Positions 45,379 through 55,392 of a stretch of 64,000 bases of DNA are shown here, one piece after another. Position 1 is the first letter of the stretch. Each line of letters opens with the position of its first letter. A model generated the notes under the pieces. The model saw nothing but the letters and a program-made list of their open reading frames with translations. It had not been told where the DNA came from and made no database searches. The position numbers were made by a program, and so were the translations under genes. This DNA is from Candidatus Omnitrophota bacterium (GTDB lineage Bacteria; Omnitrophota; Gorgyraeia; Duberdicusellales; 4484-171): positions 128,001 to 192,000 of the forward strand of contig JAIPGM010000003.1 of NCBI GenBank assembly GCA_021735655.1, read 5' to 3'.

Positions 45379-45669
45379 GGATTTTTTCTTAGCTGAAGTT
45401 GTTTTTTTAGTCGAAGGATTGACGAGCTTTGATAGACGTGATTTCTTATTGGCTGCCTTGTTTTTGTGAATAACATTACTTGAAACAGCCTTATCCAAAA
45501 GCTTGCATATTTTTTCTAGTGCTTTGGCGCGTGCTTTTGAGTCTTTTTCTTCAAGGCTTTTTTTAAGCGTTTTTAAGGCAACCCTAATGTTACGCTTTAC
45601 AGCAAGGTTCCGATGGTAGCGTTTTTTGCTTTGTCGTAAATCCTTTTTTGCAGCTCTTCTTTGTGGCAT
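45367..45669 (-). CDS. rpsT: 30S ribosomal protein S20
   Basis: MPQRRAAKKDLRQSKKRYHRN…HKNKAA… bS20 pattern. Lys-rich C-terminal extension. Confidence 0.85.
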   Translation of the reverse strand: MPQRRAAKKDLRQSKKRYHRNLAVKRNIRVALKTLKKSLEEKDSKARAKALEKICKLLDKAVSSNVIHKNKAANKKSRLSKLVNPSTKKTTSAKKKSSTS

Positions 45670-45741
45670 ATTTTCTCCTTAGTATTAGGAAGGATTCTAT
45701 AAGAATACTTATGGACTGTCAAGACTTTTTTTAGACTAGCT

Positions 45742-47277
45742 ATGCGTAGTAAAATTATTAAAAATACTTATATTTTAGGAACGGGAACTTTGATTTCTCG
45801 TATTTTAGGCTTTGTTCGGGATATCTTGATAGCTAGCTTTTTTGGAACTTCTGGATTGCTTGAGGCCTTTCTTGTCTCTTTTCGTCTACCGAATATATTT
45901 AGGAGTGTATTTGCTGAGGGTTTTTCAGATTCGGTAGCGACTCCGGTGTTGAGTGAATATCAAGAGGATCATCAGCAGATTTTTAAGCTGGGGAACCATT
46001 TACTTTCATTGTTTTGTGTTATTTTGCTTATTTGCACCATTCTTGGTATCATTTTTGCTAAATTTTTAGTCATGCTGATTGCTCCTGGCTTCATTAGCCA
46101 AGTTTTCAAATTTAATCTGGCTGTATCGTTTACTAGAATTACTTTTATCTATCTTTTTTTGATCGGCCTATCATCAGTAATGGTATCTGTTCTTTACTCA
46201 CTAAAGAAATTTTTTATCCCAGCAATTAACCCGATTTTTTTGAATATCTCGTTTATTTTAGGAATAGTTTTTTTTAGTCAATCTTTAAAAAATTATATTC
46301 TGATTATCTGCGTTATAGTTGCTGGAATTTTACAGTTGATATTTCCTTATTTTTCACTAAGAAGGCAAGGCTTTAGGTTCCGCTTTAGTTTCGCTGAGGC
46401 CTTGAAAAATGCGGCAGTCTTGCGAATGTTTAAGCTTTTTATTCCGCGAGCATGGTCGAGTATCGTTTATCATTTAAGTGTATTTATTGATACCATTTTT
46501 TCTTCATTGACAGTAATTGTTGGTTCGGGGGCTCTAGCCTCGGTTTATTACGCTAACCGGTTGATCCAATTTCCTTTTGCTATTATCGCTCTTTCAATAT
46601 CGCGGGTGGCAATCGTTGATCTTTCTTCTTATCATAGTCAGGGAAAATCCGAAGATTTCAAGGAACTTTTTGTTTTCTCTTTTCAGAACATCATTTTTTT
46701 TATTATACCGCTTTCAGTTATTTTTTTGTTTATTCCTGAAGCGATTATAAACATTATTTTTACTAGAGGGGCTTTTGACTCTTATTCATTGGCAATGACC
46801 TCTTCAGTCCTTTTTTTCTACTCTTTTGGATTATTTTTCTTTTGTGGTATCAAACTTTTGGTTAATTCGTTTTATTCTTTAAAGGATACTGTTCTGCCGG
46901 CGAAAACAGCTACTTTTTCACTTATCGTAAATGTAATCTTGAGTTCGATTCTTATGTTTCCTCTAAAGATTGGCGGTGTAGCCTTAGGCAGTAGTTTAGC
47001 GGCTATTTGTAATTTTTTCTTGTTGTATTATTTTTTTAAAAAAAGAATTGGTCCGATAGATTGGCAGGATACAAGATCTCAATTACTAAAGGTTTTGTCG
47101 CTTAGCCTAGTGGTCGGATTATTGGCGCGTTTTCTTTGGTATTATTCACCTTACAACAAGTATCTTAATGCTTTAGTGATAATCGTCGCTGTGGCGGTTG
47201 TTTTTTTTGGTGGTGGATACCTTGTTGGCTTAAGGCAGATTCGTCACCTAAAAGTATGGATATCCGCAAAAAAATAG
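45742..47277 (+). CDS. murJ: lipid II flippase MurJ (MviN)
   Basis: …GTLISRILGFVRDILIASFFG…AF.VSFRLPN.FR..FAEG… conserved MurJ N-terminus. ~14 TM. 511 aa. Confidence 0.85.
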   Translation: MRSKIIKNTYILGTGTLISRILGFVRDILIASFFGTSGLLEAFLVSFRLPNIFRSVFAEGFSDSVATPVLSEYQEDHQQIFKLGNHLLSLFCVILLICTILGIIFAKFLVMLIAPGFISQVFKFNLAVSFTRITFIYLFLIGLSSVMVSVLYSLKKFFIPAINPIFLNISFILGIVFFSQSLKNYILIICVIVAGILQLIFPYFSLRRQGFRFRFSFAEALKNAAVLRMFKLFIPRAWSSIVYHLSVFIDTIFSSLTVIVGSGALASVYYANRLIQFPFAIIALSISRVAIVDLSSYHSQGKSEDFKELFVFSFQNIIFFIIPLSVIFLFIPEAIINIIFTRGAFDSYSLAMTSSVLFFYSFGLFFFCGIKLLVNSFYSLKDTVLPAKTATFSLIVNVILSSILMFPLKIGGVALGSSLAAICNFFLLYYFFKKRIGPIDWQDTRSQLLKVLSLSLVVGLLARFLWYYSPYNKYLNALVIIVAVAVVFFGGGYLVGLRQIRHLKVWISAKK

Positions 47278-48473
47278 AGAAGTTGACTTTAGGTCCTGGT
47301 GTATATATTATGAAATCGGCCAACGGTGAAGTTTTCTATATCGGTAAAGCCTCTTCAATAAAAAAACGCATCATGAGTCATTTCTCTCGATCAGAATCTA
47401 AAAATAGTAATTTTCTTGGTGAGGTTTGTGATATTGAATGTATAGAATGCACAACCCCCGAGCAGGCATTAATTTTGGAGGCAGCCTTAATTAAAGAAAG
47501 AAAACCTAAATATAACATTGCTTTGCGTGATAACAAAAGCTATCCTTACGTAGCGGTTAGCAAAGATGATTTTCCGCGCATTTTTATCACTCGCCCTAAG
47601 ACAAAGTCGCCAGCAATTCTTTTTGGTCCTTATCCAGCGGCCAAAACCTTAAAGTCAGCTTTAGAGTCAATACGAAAAGTGTTTCCTTTTCGTTCTTGCT
47701 CAAGGTTACCTAAGACAGCTTGTCTTTTTTTTCATCTTAAACTTTGTTCGGCGCCCTGTGAAGGGAAGATTGTTTCTAGGGAGTACAAGGAAATCATTAG
47801 CAATGCTACAAAAATATTAAACGGTGAGCGAAGGCAGTTAACACAAAACTTAAAGGTAAAGATGAAGCGTTTAGCTGACAAGCAAAAGTTTGAACAAGCT
47901 GCCAAAATTAGAAATATTATTATAGCTATTGATAGTCTTTATGAGGGTAGGCCTAAAGCTCATGAAACAATTTCTTTAAAAGAGACTTTGGGCTTGGCTA
48001 AGCTCCCTTTATACTTAGAGGCTATTGATATATCTTCTTTGGGTGCTAGTGAGGCCACTGGTTCAGTAGTCGTCTTCAAGGATGGGTTGCCGGATAAAGG
48101 GAGCTATCGTCGTTTTCTAATAAGGGAAGTTAAGGGCAAGGATGACTATGCAATGATTGCTGAGGTAGTTAAGCGGCGTTACTCCAGATTAATAAGAGAA
48201 AAGAAGTCCTTACCGGATTTAGTTGTCATTGATGGAGGTAGGGGGCATGTAGGAATTGCCCAGAAGGTGTTTTCAAGCTTAGGTATTTCTATAGCCGTAA
48301 TCGGCATAGCTAAGAAAAATGAAGAGGTTTGGTTTGCCGACAGAAGAGTTTCTTTATCAATAGCTAAAGATCAGCCTTGTTTACATCTTCTACAGCGGAT
48401 AAGAGATGAGGCCCATAGATTTGCCCATAGCTATCAGCTTCATCGTAGAAAAGGAAAGGTTTTTAAGAAATGA
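47256..48473 (+). CDS. uvrC: UvrC-family excinuclease, short form lacking the C-terminal (HhH)2 domain
   Basis: N-terminal GIY-YIG (GVYIM…GEVFYIGKA…R…H), Cys-rich CLFFHLKLCSAPCEG, a UVR helix, then the C-terminal endonuclease core (VIDGGRGH…IAKK.E…LLQRIRDEAHRFA). The ORF stops at 405 aa with no HhH tail. Confidence 0.75.
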   Translation: MDIRKKIEKLTLGPGVYIMKSANGEVFYIGKASSIKKRIMSHFSRSESKNSNFLGEVCDIECIECTTPEQALILEAALIKERKPKYNIALRDNKSYPYVAVSKDDFPRIFITRPKTKSPAILFGPYPAAKTLKSALESIRKVFPFRSCSRLPKTACLFFHLKLCSAPCEGKIVSREYKEIISNATKILNGERRQLTQNLKVKMKRLADKQKFEQAAKIRNIIIAIDSLYEGRPKAHETISLKETLGLAKLPLYLEAIDISSLGASEATGSVVVFKDGLPDKGSYRRFLIREVKGKDDYAMIAEVVKRRYSRLIREKKSLPDLVVIDGGRGHVGIAQKVFSSLGISIAVIGIAKKNEEVWFADRRVSLSIAKDQPCLHLLQRIRDEAHRFAHSYQLHRRKGKVFKK

Positions 48474-48739
48474 CTAATTTTGAGAAAAAGGTGTTACGGA
48501 TAGTTTCAAAGATACCTTTGGGCCAGGTGCGTAGCTATAAATGGGTAGCTATAAAGACCGGTCGCCCTAAGGCTTATCGGGCAGTAGCCAATGCTCTTAG
48601 GAAAAATCCTTATCCTTTGTTTGTTCCTTGTCATCGGGTAGTTAAATCATCGAATCAGGCCGGCGGGTATTCCTTGGGAAGCGACCTTAAGGTAAACTTA
48701 ATAAATTTAGAGAAAAAAATTAAAGATATGGTAAAATAA
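48470..48739 (+). CDS. ogt: methylated-DNA--protein-cysteine methyltransferase (Ogt/MGMT C-terminal domain, standalone)
   Basis: …IPLGQVRSY..VA…G…RAV..AL..NP…VPCHRVV…G…GY… with the PCHRV active-site Cys motif. 89 aa. Confidence 0.75.
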   Translation: MTNFEKKVLRIVSKIPLGQVRSYKWVAIKTGRPKAYRAVANALRKNPYPLFVPCHRVVKSSNQAGGYSLGSDLKVNLINLEKKIKDMVK

Positions 48740-48810
48740 TAAATACAGATATGAGGAAAGACTAATTATTCAAATTGTAAAAATTAAAGATTTTACTTAG
48801 GAGGTAAAAG

Positions 48811-49887
48811 ATGGATTTTAAAAATATTTTAGAGTTGATGATTGAGAAAAGCGCTACCGATATTTTCTTGCGAGTAGGTAGTCCTTTACGTGGCAGGATT
48901 AATACTGAAGTTGAAGTCCTCAGGGAAGATAGATTTACTTTTGATGAAATTAAACAGATTATCGAAATGATTACTAGGGAGCGAGACCGGGAAAGGTTAG
49001 AGAAACACCGAGGTTGCGAATTTACTTATTGGTATCGAGAGTATTGGCGTTTTCGGGTCGGTATATTTTATCAACGAAACACTCCGGCCTTGGTCGTGCG
49101 TAAAATTGACTTAAGAATACCTTCATTTCTAGAACTTAATTTGCCTTCGGCGGTGTTAGAAAATTTCTGCACCGAGCGAAGAGGGTTGATTTTGCTTACC
49201 GGTATTACCGGAAGTGGTAAATCAACAACGATCGCCAGCATGATTCAATTTATCAATAATAACTATGGGCGTCATATACTCACGGTTGAGGAACCGGTCG
49301 AATTTACTTTTCAGGATGACAAATCAGTGGTTAATCAAAGGGAGATTGGAACTGATGTTGAGAGTTATCATGATGCTCTCAGGCAGTTTGCTTTACATTC
49401 ACCGGACGTTATGTATATTGGTAATATCCTTGATGCTGAAACATGTCATGCGGCACTCACTGCCGCTGAAACCGGAGTTTTGGTTTTGTCTACGCTTCAT
49501 ACGGTGAATGCTACTTCTACTATAGAGAGGATTGTGAACTTTTTCCATCCTCATCAGCATGCCTTTGTTATGAATCAGCTTTCTTTTCTGCTCAAAGGAG
49601 TTCTTTCTCAGCGCTTGATTCCTCGTGCTGACAATTTGGGAATGATTCCAGCCTATGAAGTTATGACTCTTAGCCCATCGGTATCCCGACTTATAAAGGA
49701 GAACAAAATTTGGGAAATTCCTAAATATATTGCTTCTGGTGAGCATTACGGAATGATGAGTTTTCAACAATGTTTGTTGAAATTTGTCGAGGAAGGAAAA
49801 GTAACTGCAGATCATGCCTTACAGTTTTCCGATACCCGCGAAGAGTTAGAGCTGCTAATGCGTAATAAGGGATTAATAAAGGATTAA
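48811..49887 (+). CDS. pilT: type IV pilus retraction ATPase PilT
   Basis: Walker A GITGSGKST, Asp/His boxes and AIRNLIRE-like LIKENKI motif typical of PilT/PilU. 358 aa. Confidence 0.85.
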   Translation: MDFKNILELMIEKSATDIFLRVGSPLRGRINTEVEVLREDRFTFDEIKQIIEMITRERDRERLEKHRGCEFTYWYREYWRFRVGIFYQRNTPALVVRKIDLRIPSFLELNLPSAVLENFCTERRGLILLTGITGSGKSTTIASMIQFINNNYGRHILTVEEPVEFTFQDDKSVVNQREIGTDVESYHDALRQFALHSPDVMYIGNILDAETCHAALTAAETGVLVLSTLHTVNATSTIERIVNFFHPHQHAFVMNQLSFLLKGVLSQRLIPRADNLGMIPAYEVMTLSPSVSRLIKENKIWEIPKYIASGEHYGMMSFQQCLLKFVEEGKVTADHALQFSDTREELELLMRNKGLIKD

Positions 49888-49970
49888 AATAGGCAAGGCT
49901 TATCTAAAATATCGAGAAATAATTGCCATCAGTACCCTTCTTGCAATTATTATAAGAAAAGACTAGATTT

Positions 49971-51071
49971 ATGACTCAGGATATAAAAAAAAGAATTCAA
50001 CAGCTAGAGAAAGATCTTGTTCGTTTTGGGCAAATTTTAAAGATAGAGGATAAAAAGGGGCTAATTGAAAAATTGCAACTTAAGATGGCTCAACCCGGAT
50101 TTTGGAATGATCAAAAGATAGCAGCTAGCGTGGTTGATGAGCTAAAAGTTATTAAAAGTGACGTCGATGACTGGCAGGATTTATATAGTGCTTTTAAAAA
50201 TGTAGCCGAGATTGAAAGTCTAAACGATTCGGCTTTTGAAAAGGATATCATTAAGGAGCTGAGTAAACTAGAAGTTAACGCTGAGCAGTTTAAGCTCAAA
50301 ATTTTGTTTTCTGGTAAGTTTGACAATAATAATGCAATAGTAGAAATTAATTCCGGAGCCGGCGGAACTGAAGCTTGTGATTGGGCTTCAATGATTTTTA
50401 GGATGTATTGTCGCTGGGCCGAGGACAAAGGTTTTAAGCTCAAAGTTTTGGATGAATTGAGAGGAGACGAGGCCGGTTTAAAGAGCGTTACTTTTTTTAT
50501 CCAGGGAATTAGGGCCTATGGCCTTTTGCGTTCTGAACGGGGGGTACATCGCTTAGTAAGGATTTCTCCTTTTGATTCTAATAAACGTCGTCATACTTCA
50601 TTTGCTTCGGTAGATGTTCTTCCTGAGATAAAAGATGATGTTGAAATTGAAATAAGGCCTGAAGAGTTAAAAATAGATACCTATCGGGCGTCCGGTGCTG
50701 GCGGCCAGCACGTAAATGTTACTGATTCGGCAGTGCGGATTACTCATATGCCTAGTGGTATTGTGGTGGCTTGTCAAAATGAGCGTTCGCAACATCAAAA
50801 TAAACAGGCTGCTTTTGGAGTGTTAAAAGCAAAGTTATATGAGCGCAAAGAAGAGGAGAATCGAAAGGAGCTGGAAGAAGTTTCCGGAATCAAACAAAGA
50901 ATAGAGTGGGGTTCCCAGATTCGTTCTTATGTGTTACATCCTTATCTTTTAGTCAAGGATCATCGAACTAACTTAGAGGTTCATAATGCTAAGAACGTTC
51001 TTGAAGGTAAATTAGATGATTTTATTTATGCTTATTTAAGATTCATGAGTGAGGTTAAGAAAAGTGCTTAA
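49971..51071 (+). CDS. prfB: peptide chain release factor 2 (uninterrupted, no programmed +1 frameshift)
   Basis: SPF tripeptide motif (RISPFDS) and GGQ motif (SGAGGQHVN). Single continuous 366-codon ORF. Confidence 0.9.
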   Translation: MTQDIKKRIQQLEKDLVRFGQILKIEDKKGLIEKLQLKMAQPGFWNDQKIAASVVDELKVIKSDVDDWQDLYSAFKNVAEIESLNDSAFEKDIIKELSKLEVNAEQFKLKILFSGKFDNNNAIVEINSGAGGTEACDWASMIFRMYCRWAEDKGFKLKVLDELRGDEAGLKSVTFFIQGIRAYGLLRSERGVHRLVRISPFDSNKRRHTSFASVDVLPEIKDDVEIEIRPEELKIDTYRASGAGGQHVNVTDSAVRITHMPSGIVVACQNERSQHQNKQAAFGVLKAKLYERKEEENRKELEEVSGIKQRIEWGSQIRSYVLHPYLLVKDHRTNLEVHNAKNVLEGKLDDFIYAYLRFMSEVKKSA

Positions 51072-53922
51072 AAATATAATTTTTAAAAATTGTCAAAGAA
51101 AAATTAATAAGCTTAAGCCCCAGGTAGAGATTTTGTTAAACAAAGAGATTCCTACTCCGGCTTTAAAGATTATTACTAGTTTTGCGCCGCTGGTGGTTAA
51201 GGTTAACTCTTATGAGCATGAGCTCGAATCAAAGCCCAAAGAGTTTTTTAAGGGCAAATCTAATGAATTTAAAAGCCTGATTAAAGCAAGGATTGCCAAA
51301 GCTTCAGTTGATGAGCATAAAGATATAACCGAAGCTGTTTTAGACGAGATTTTGCCATTTTATTTTGCTATGGTTAGAGAGGCAGCTAAACGAACAGTTA
51401 AAATGCGTCACTTTGACGTACAGATTCTCGGTGGAATTATTTTGCATAAAAATAAAATAGCTGAAATGGTGACTGGTGAGGGAAAGACTCTTGTTGCAAC
51501 TTTGGCAGCATCTTTAAATGCTCTTTTAGGCCAAGGGGTGCATATTGTTACGGTTAATGATTATCTAGCTAAGCGCGACCGAGAATGGATGGGGCCAATT
51601 TATGAATATTTAGGGTTTTCGGTGGGAGTTATTCAACAAGATATGTCTCCGCTTGAGCGAAAAGTAGCCTATGCTTGTGATCTTACTTATGGAACTAACA
51701 ATGAGTTTGGGTTTGATTATCTTCGTGATAACATGACAACTTCTCCTCAAAGCATGGTTCAGCGTAAGCATTGTTACGCAATTGTTGATGAGGTTGATTC
51801 GATCTTAATTGATGAAGCCAGAACCCCGTTGATTATTTCTGGTCCGGCCGAGAGTTATATTCAGAAATACTATCTTGCTGATCGAGCCGTCCGCCAGATT
51901 AAGGTTAAGGTTATTATTCAAAGGTATGATAATACTAAGGAAGGAACAGTTACTATAAAAAATAGAGATGGCTCTCAGGTCGTAATGACACCGCAAGAGT
52001 TGGAGGATCATTACGAGGCGATCATCGAGGAAAAGACCCATCAGGCCTATTTTACTCCTGCTGGAGAAAAGCATTGCGAGAAATTATTAGGGATAAAGAG
52101 TATTTCCGATGAATCCCCGGATAAGCTTTCTAATCCTTGGTCACATTATCTTACACAATCTTTAAGGGCGCATCATCTTTTCGCTGCCGATAAAGAGTAT
52201 ATTGTAAAAGAGGGCAAGGTTTTAATAGTTGATGAGTTTACTGGAAGGCTTATGTCTGGTCGGCGTTGGTCAGACGGTCTTCATCAGGCTGTTGAGGCTA
52301 AGGAGAATTTGAAGATACAAGAGGAATCACAAACTCTGGCTACGATAACTCTTCAGAATTATTTTCGAATGTATGATAAATTAGCCGGGATGACCGGAAC
52401 AGCTTACACCGAAGCCAATGAGTTTAATCATATTTATAAATTAGATGTTGTAGTTATACCAACTAATCGTCCGCTCCTCAGGGTTAATCATGCTGATAGA
52501 ATTTATAAGACCAAGAAAGGTAAATTTGCTGCCGTAGTTAGCGAAGTAGAAGAGCTTTCTAAGTTAAAACGCCCAGTTTTGGTTGGGACAACATCAATCG
52601 ACGATTCAGAGCAGCTTTCTTTTTTGCTTAATAAAAGCGGTGTCACTCATAGTATACTTAATGCAAAATATCATGAAAAAGAGGCCCGTATTGTTGCTCA
52701 GGCTGGACGATTAGCCCAAGTGACTATTGCGACTAATATGGCTGGCCGAGGAACCGATATTGTTTTAGGTGGCAATCTTGATTACTTTATAAAAGATATT
52801 CTGGCTAAAAATAATATATCTTTAGAAGATGAATCTTATCAAGAGGAGTATTCTCGGCTTTATCAGCAATATAAGGAAAAGTTTAAAAAAGATCATGATC
52901 AGGTTGTAGCTTTAGGTGGAGTGCATATTATTGGAACTCAACGCCATGAGTCAAGAAGAATAGATAACCAGTTACGGGGAAGATCAGGAAGACAAGGCGA
53001 TCCCGGATCATCTCGTTTTTACGTTTCCCTAGAAGATGATTTAATGCGTCTTTTTGGGTCCGAAAAAATATACGGGTTAATGGATACTCTTGGTTTTCCC
53101 GAAGACCAGCCAATAGAGCACACAATTATCAATCATTCTTTAGCCGTAGCTCAAAAGAGAGTTGAAGGGCATAACTTTGAAATACGTAAACAGCTATTGC
53201 AGTATGATAATATAATGAATAAGCAGCGGGAAGTTGTCTATCGTCAGAGAAGGGAGATTTTAGAGAGTAGCGATATGCGCGAGGAGATCTTTTTAATGCT
53301 TGATGATACAATTGATAAGAATGTACCGTTATACTTTCAAGAGGAAAGCGATATTTCCGGTCTCATCCAATGGGTAAAATCAAAGTTTGACTTAGAGCTA
53401 GAGAATGAAGAGATTGCTAAATTAGCGGTTGAAAAAATAGCTGAATTTGTAAAGGCTCAATTAAAAGAGGGCTATCATCAGAAAGAGGCTAAGTCTGTAG
53501 TTGATCAGATGCGCCAAATGGAGAGGGCGGCCAGTCTTTGGATAGTTGACTCGCGTTGGAAAGAGCATCTTTTAGTGATGGATCACCTTCGGGAAGGAAT
53601 ACATTTGAGAGCTCATGCTCATGTAGATCCTTTGGTTGAGTATCAACGAGAGTCATATCTTGCTTTTCAAGATATGATTTCAACTATCAAGGAGGGGATA
53701 GTTGAAATGGTTTTTAAAGCTAAAGTTAAACTGCTTCCTGAAGATGTCGGTGTTTTTTCAGAATCACCCAAAGATTTTATTCATTCTGAATACACACCCT
53801 TAGAGAATAAGTCTTCTAAGGAAAAGGCCGCTCCGCCTAAAGTAGGAGAAAAAAGGGTTGGTCGTAACGAACCCTGTCCTTGTGGGAGTGGAAAGAAATA
53901 TAAGAAGTGTTGTGGAGTCTAA
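51049..53922 (+). CDS. secA: preprotein translocase ATPase SecA
   Basis: DEAD-like motor motifs (MVTGEGKTL, DEVDSILIDEARTPLIISG), and C-terminal zinc finger CPCGSGKKYKKCCG. GTG start overlaps the prfB end. Confidence 0.95.
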   Translation: MRLRKVLKNIIFKNCQRKINKLKPQVEILLNKEIPTPALKIITSFAPLVVKVNSYEHELESKPKEFFKGKSNEFKSLIKARIAKASVDEHKDITEAVLDEILPFYFAMVREAAKRTVKMRHFDVQILGGIILHKNKIAEMVTGEGKTLVATLAASLNALLGQGVHIVTVNDYLAKRDREWMGPIYEYLGFSVGVIQQDMSPLERKVAYACDLTYGTNNEFGFDYLRDNMTTSPQSMVQRKHCYAIVDEVDSILIDEARTPLIISGPAESYIQKYYLADRAVRQIKVKVIIQRYDNTKEGTVTIKNRDGSQVVMTPQELEDHYEAIIEEKTHQAYFTPAGEKHCEKLLGIKSISDESPDKLSNPWSHYLTQSLRAHHLFAADKEYIVKEGKVLIVDEFTGRLMSGRRWSDGLHQAVEAKENLKIQEESQTLATITLQNYFRMYDKLAGMTGTAYTEANEFNHIYKLDVVVIPTNRPLLRVNHADRIYKTKKGKFAAVVSEVEELSKLKRPVLVGTTSIDDSEQLSFLLNKSGVTHSILNAKYHEKEARIVAQAGRLAQVTIATNMAGRGTDIVLGGNLDYFIKDILAKNNISLEDESYQEEYSRLYQQYKEKFKKDHDQVVALGGVHIIGTQRHESRRIDNQLRGRSGRQGDPGSSRFYVSLEDDLMRLFGSEKIYGLMDTLGFPEDQPIEHTIINHSLAVAQKRVEGHNFEIRKQLLQYDNIMNKQREVVYRQRREILESSDMREEIFLMLDDTIDKNVPLYFQEESDISGLIQWVKSKFDLELENEEIAKLAVEKIAEFVKAQLKEGYHQKEAKSVVDQMRQMERAASLWIVDSRWKEHLLVMDHLREGIHLRAHAHVDPLVEYQRESYLAFQDMISTIKEGIVEMVFKAKVKLLPEDVGVFSESPKDFIHSEYTPLENKSSKEKAAPPKVGEKRVGRNEPCPCGSGKKYKKCCGV

Positions 53923-53931
53923 TTTAGTAAA

Positions 53932-55383
53932 ATGACTTTGACCTTACTAGCCTTATGCGGTGGTATACTCACCGGTTTGAGTTTTAATTCAGAACCAACT
54001 TCTTTTTTAATCTGGTTTTCTTTAGTTCCTTTTATTCAAGTAATAAGTAAGAGCTCGCTTAAGGCGGGAATTTTTAGAGCTTTTTTATTTGGCTTTGCCT
54101 ATTATCTGGTAGTTATTTTTTGGATAGCTAAAGTTACCTTTTTGGGATTGATTGCCTTGGTTGTTTATCTTTCTTTGTATTGTGTATTGTTCTTTTTAGT
54201 CGGTCGTTACTTTTTAAAGAAACCTTTGAGACTTATCAGCCTACCTTGTTTTTGGGTTTTGATTGAGTTTTTGAAGGAGAATATTTGGACTGGTTTTGGC
54301 TGGGCTAACCTAGGGTATTCTCAGTATAATAATCTTCATTTAATCCAGGTAGCTGATATTGGCGGAGTTAAGCTGATTTCTTTTTTAGTCGTAATGGCTA
54401 ATGTTTTTATTTGGGAAGTAATCACAACCAAAGGGCCAAAACAGAAAAAGGCGATCGTCAAGAAAGCTCTTTTTGTGTGTTTGATCTTTCTGGCTTGTTT
54501 TTCTTATGGAGCTTATCGGCTTAAGAACTTAACCGAGGCAGGTTCTTTAGAAGTTACAGTAGCTCAGCCAAATATTCCCCAAAGTTTAAAATGGGATCCT
54601 AGCGCAGCTTCTTCAATTGTAGATAAGTTGGGGTCATTAGCTAAAGAAACAAAGAAAGAATCTTTAGTCATTTTCCCTGAGGCAGCTTGGCCGTATACTG
54701 TAGCTCAAGAAGATGTAGAAGATTTGAGAAGTTTTGCTGAAAGTATAGATCGGCACATTCTCATTGGTTCAGTTATCAAAGAAGGAGATAAGTTTTATAA
54801 TTCAGCCTTATTGTTTCAGTGGAGGGCATCAGCAATCCGTTTGTGTGGTTCTTATCGTAAAATAAAACTAGTTCCTTTTGGTGAGTATGTTCCTCTTAGG
54901 AAATTGTTTAGTTTTATTGAGGTGCTGAATACAATTGGAGACATAAGCCCCGGAGAAACACTTTCAGGATTTTCGCAATCCGGACATAACTATTCGGTTT
55001 TGATTTGTTTTGAGGATGTTTTAGCGAGTTATGTTACTCAGATGGTTGGTGATAGTGATTTTTTAGTTAATATTACTAATGATGCTTGGTTTGGTGGAAA
55101 CCCCCAGAGCTTTCAGCATTTGGGCGTTATGACTTTAAGAGCTGTTGAGAACAGAGTTTCTATTGTCCGCAGTGCTAATACTGGAATTAGCGGTTGGGTA
55201 TCTTTTAAAGGAGAAATTGAGAAACTAACCCATCAAGGTAAGGAAGTTTTTTTTCCGGCTATTAAAACTTTTCGAATTTCTTTGAATCGGGTACGAGGGG
55301 TTTATACTTTTTGGGGTGAGCTTTTCCCGGTTTTTTGTGGTATGTTTCTTTTAGCGGTTTTTATCAAAAGCAGCAAAGATTAG
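53932..55383 (+). CDS. lnt: apolipoprotein N-acyltransferase
   Basis: N-terminal polytopic domain plus CN-hydrolase domain with the E…K…C triad context (…VLICFEDV…). Confidence 0.85.
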   Translation: MTLTLLALCGGILTGLSFNSEPTSFLIWFSLVPFIQVISKSSLKAGIFRAFLFGFAYYLVVIFWIAKVTFLGLIALVVYLSLYCVLFFLVGRYFLKKPLRLISLPCFWVLIEFLKENIWTGFGWANLGYSQYNNLHLIQVADIGGVKLISFLVVMANVFIWEVITTKGPKQKKAIVKKALFVCLIFLACFSYGAYRLKNLTEAGSLEVTVAQPNIPQSLKWDPSAASSIVDKLGSLAKETKKESLVIFPEAAWPYTVAQEDVEDLRSFAESIDRHILIGSVIKEGDKFYNSALLFQWRASAIRLCGSYRKIKLVPFGEYVPLRKLFSFIEVLNTIGDISPGETLSGFSQSGHNYSVLICFEDVLASYVTQMVGDSDFLVNITNDAWFGGNPQSFQHLGVMTLRAVENRVSIVRSANTGISGWVSFKGEIEKLTHQGKEVFFPAIKTFRISLNRVRGVYTFWGELFPVFCGMFLLAVFIKSSKD

Positions 55384-55392
55384 GGGTTTTTA

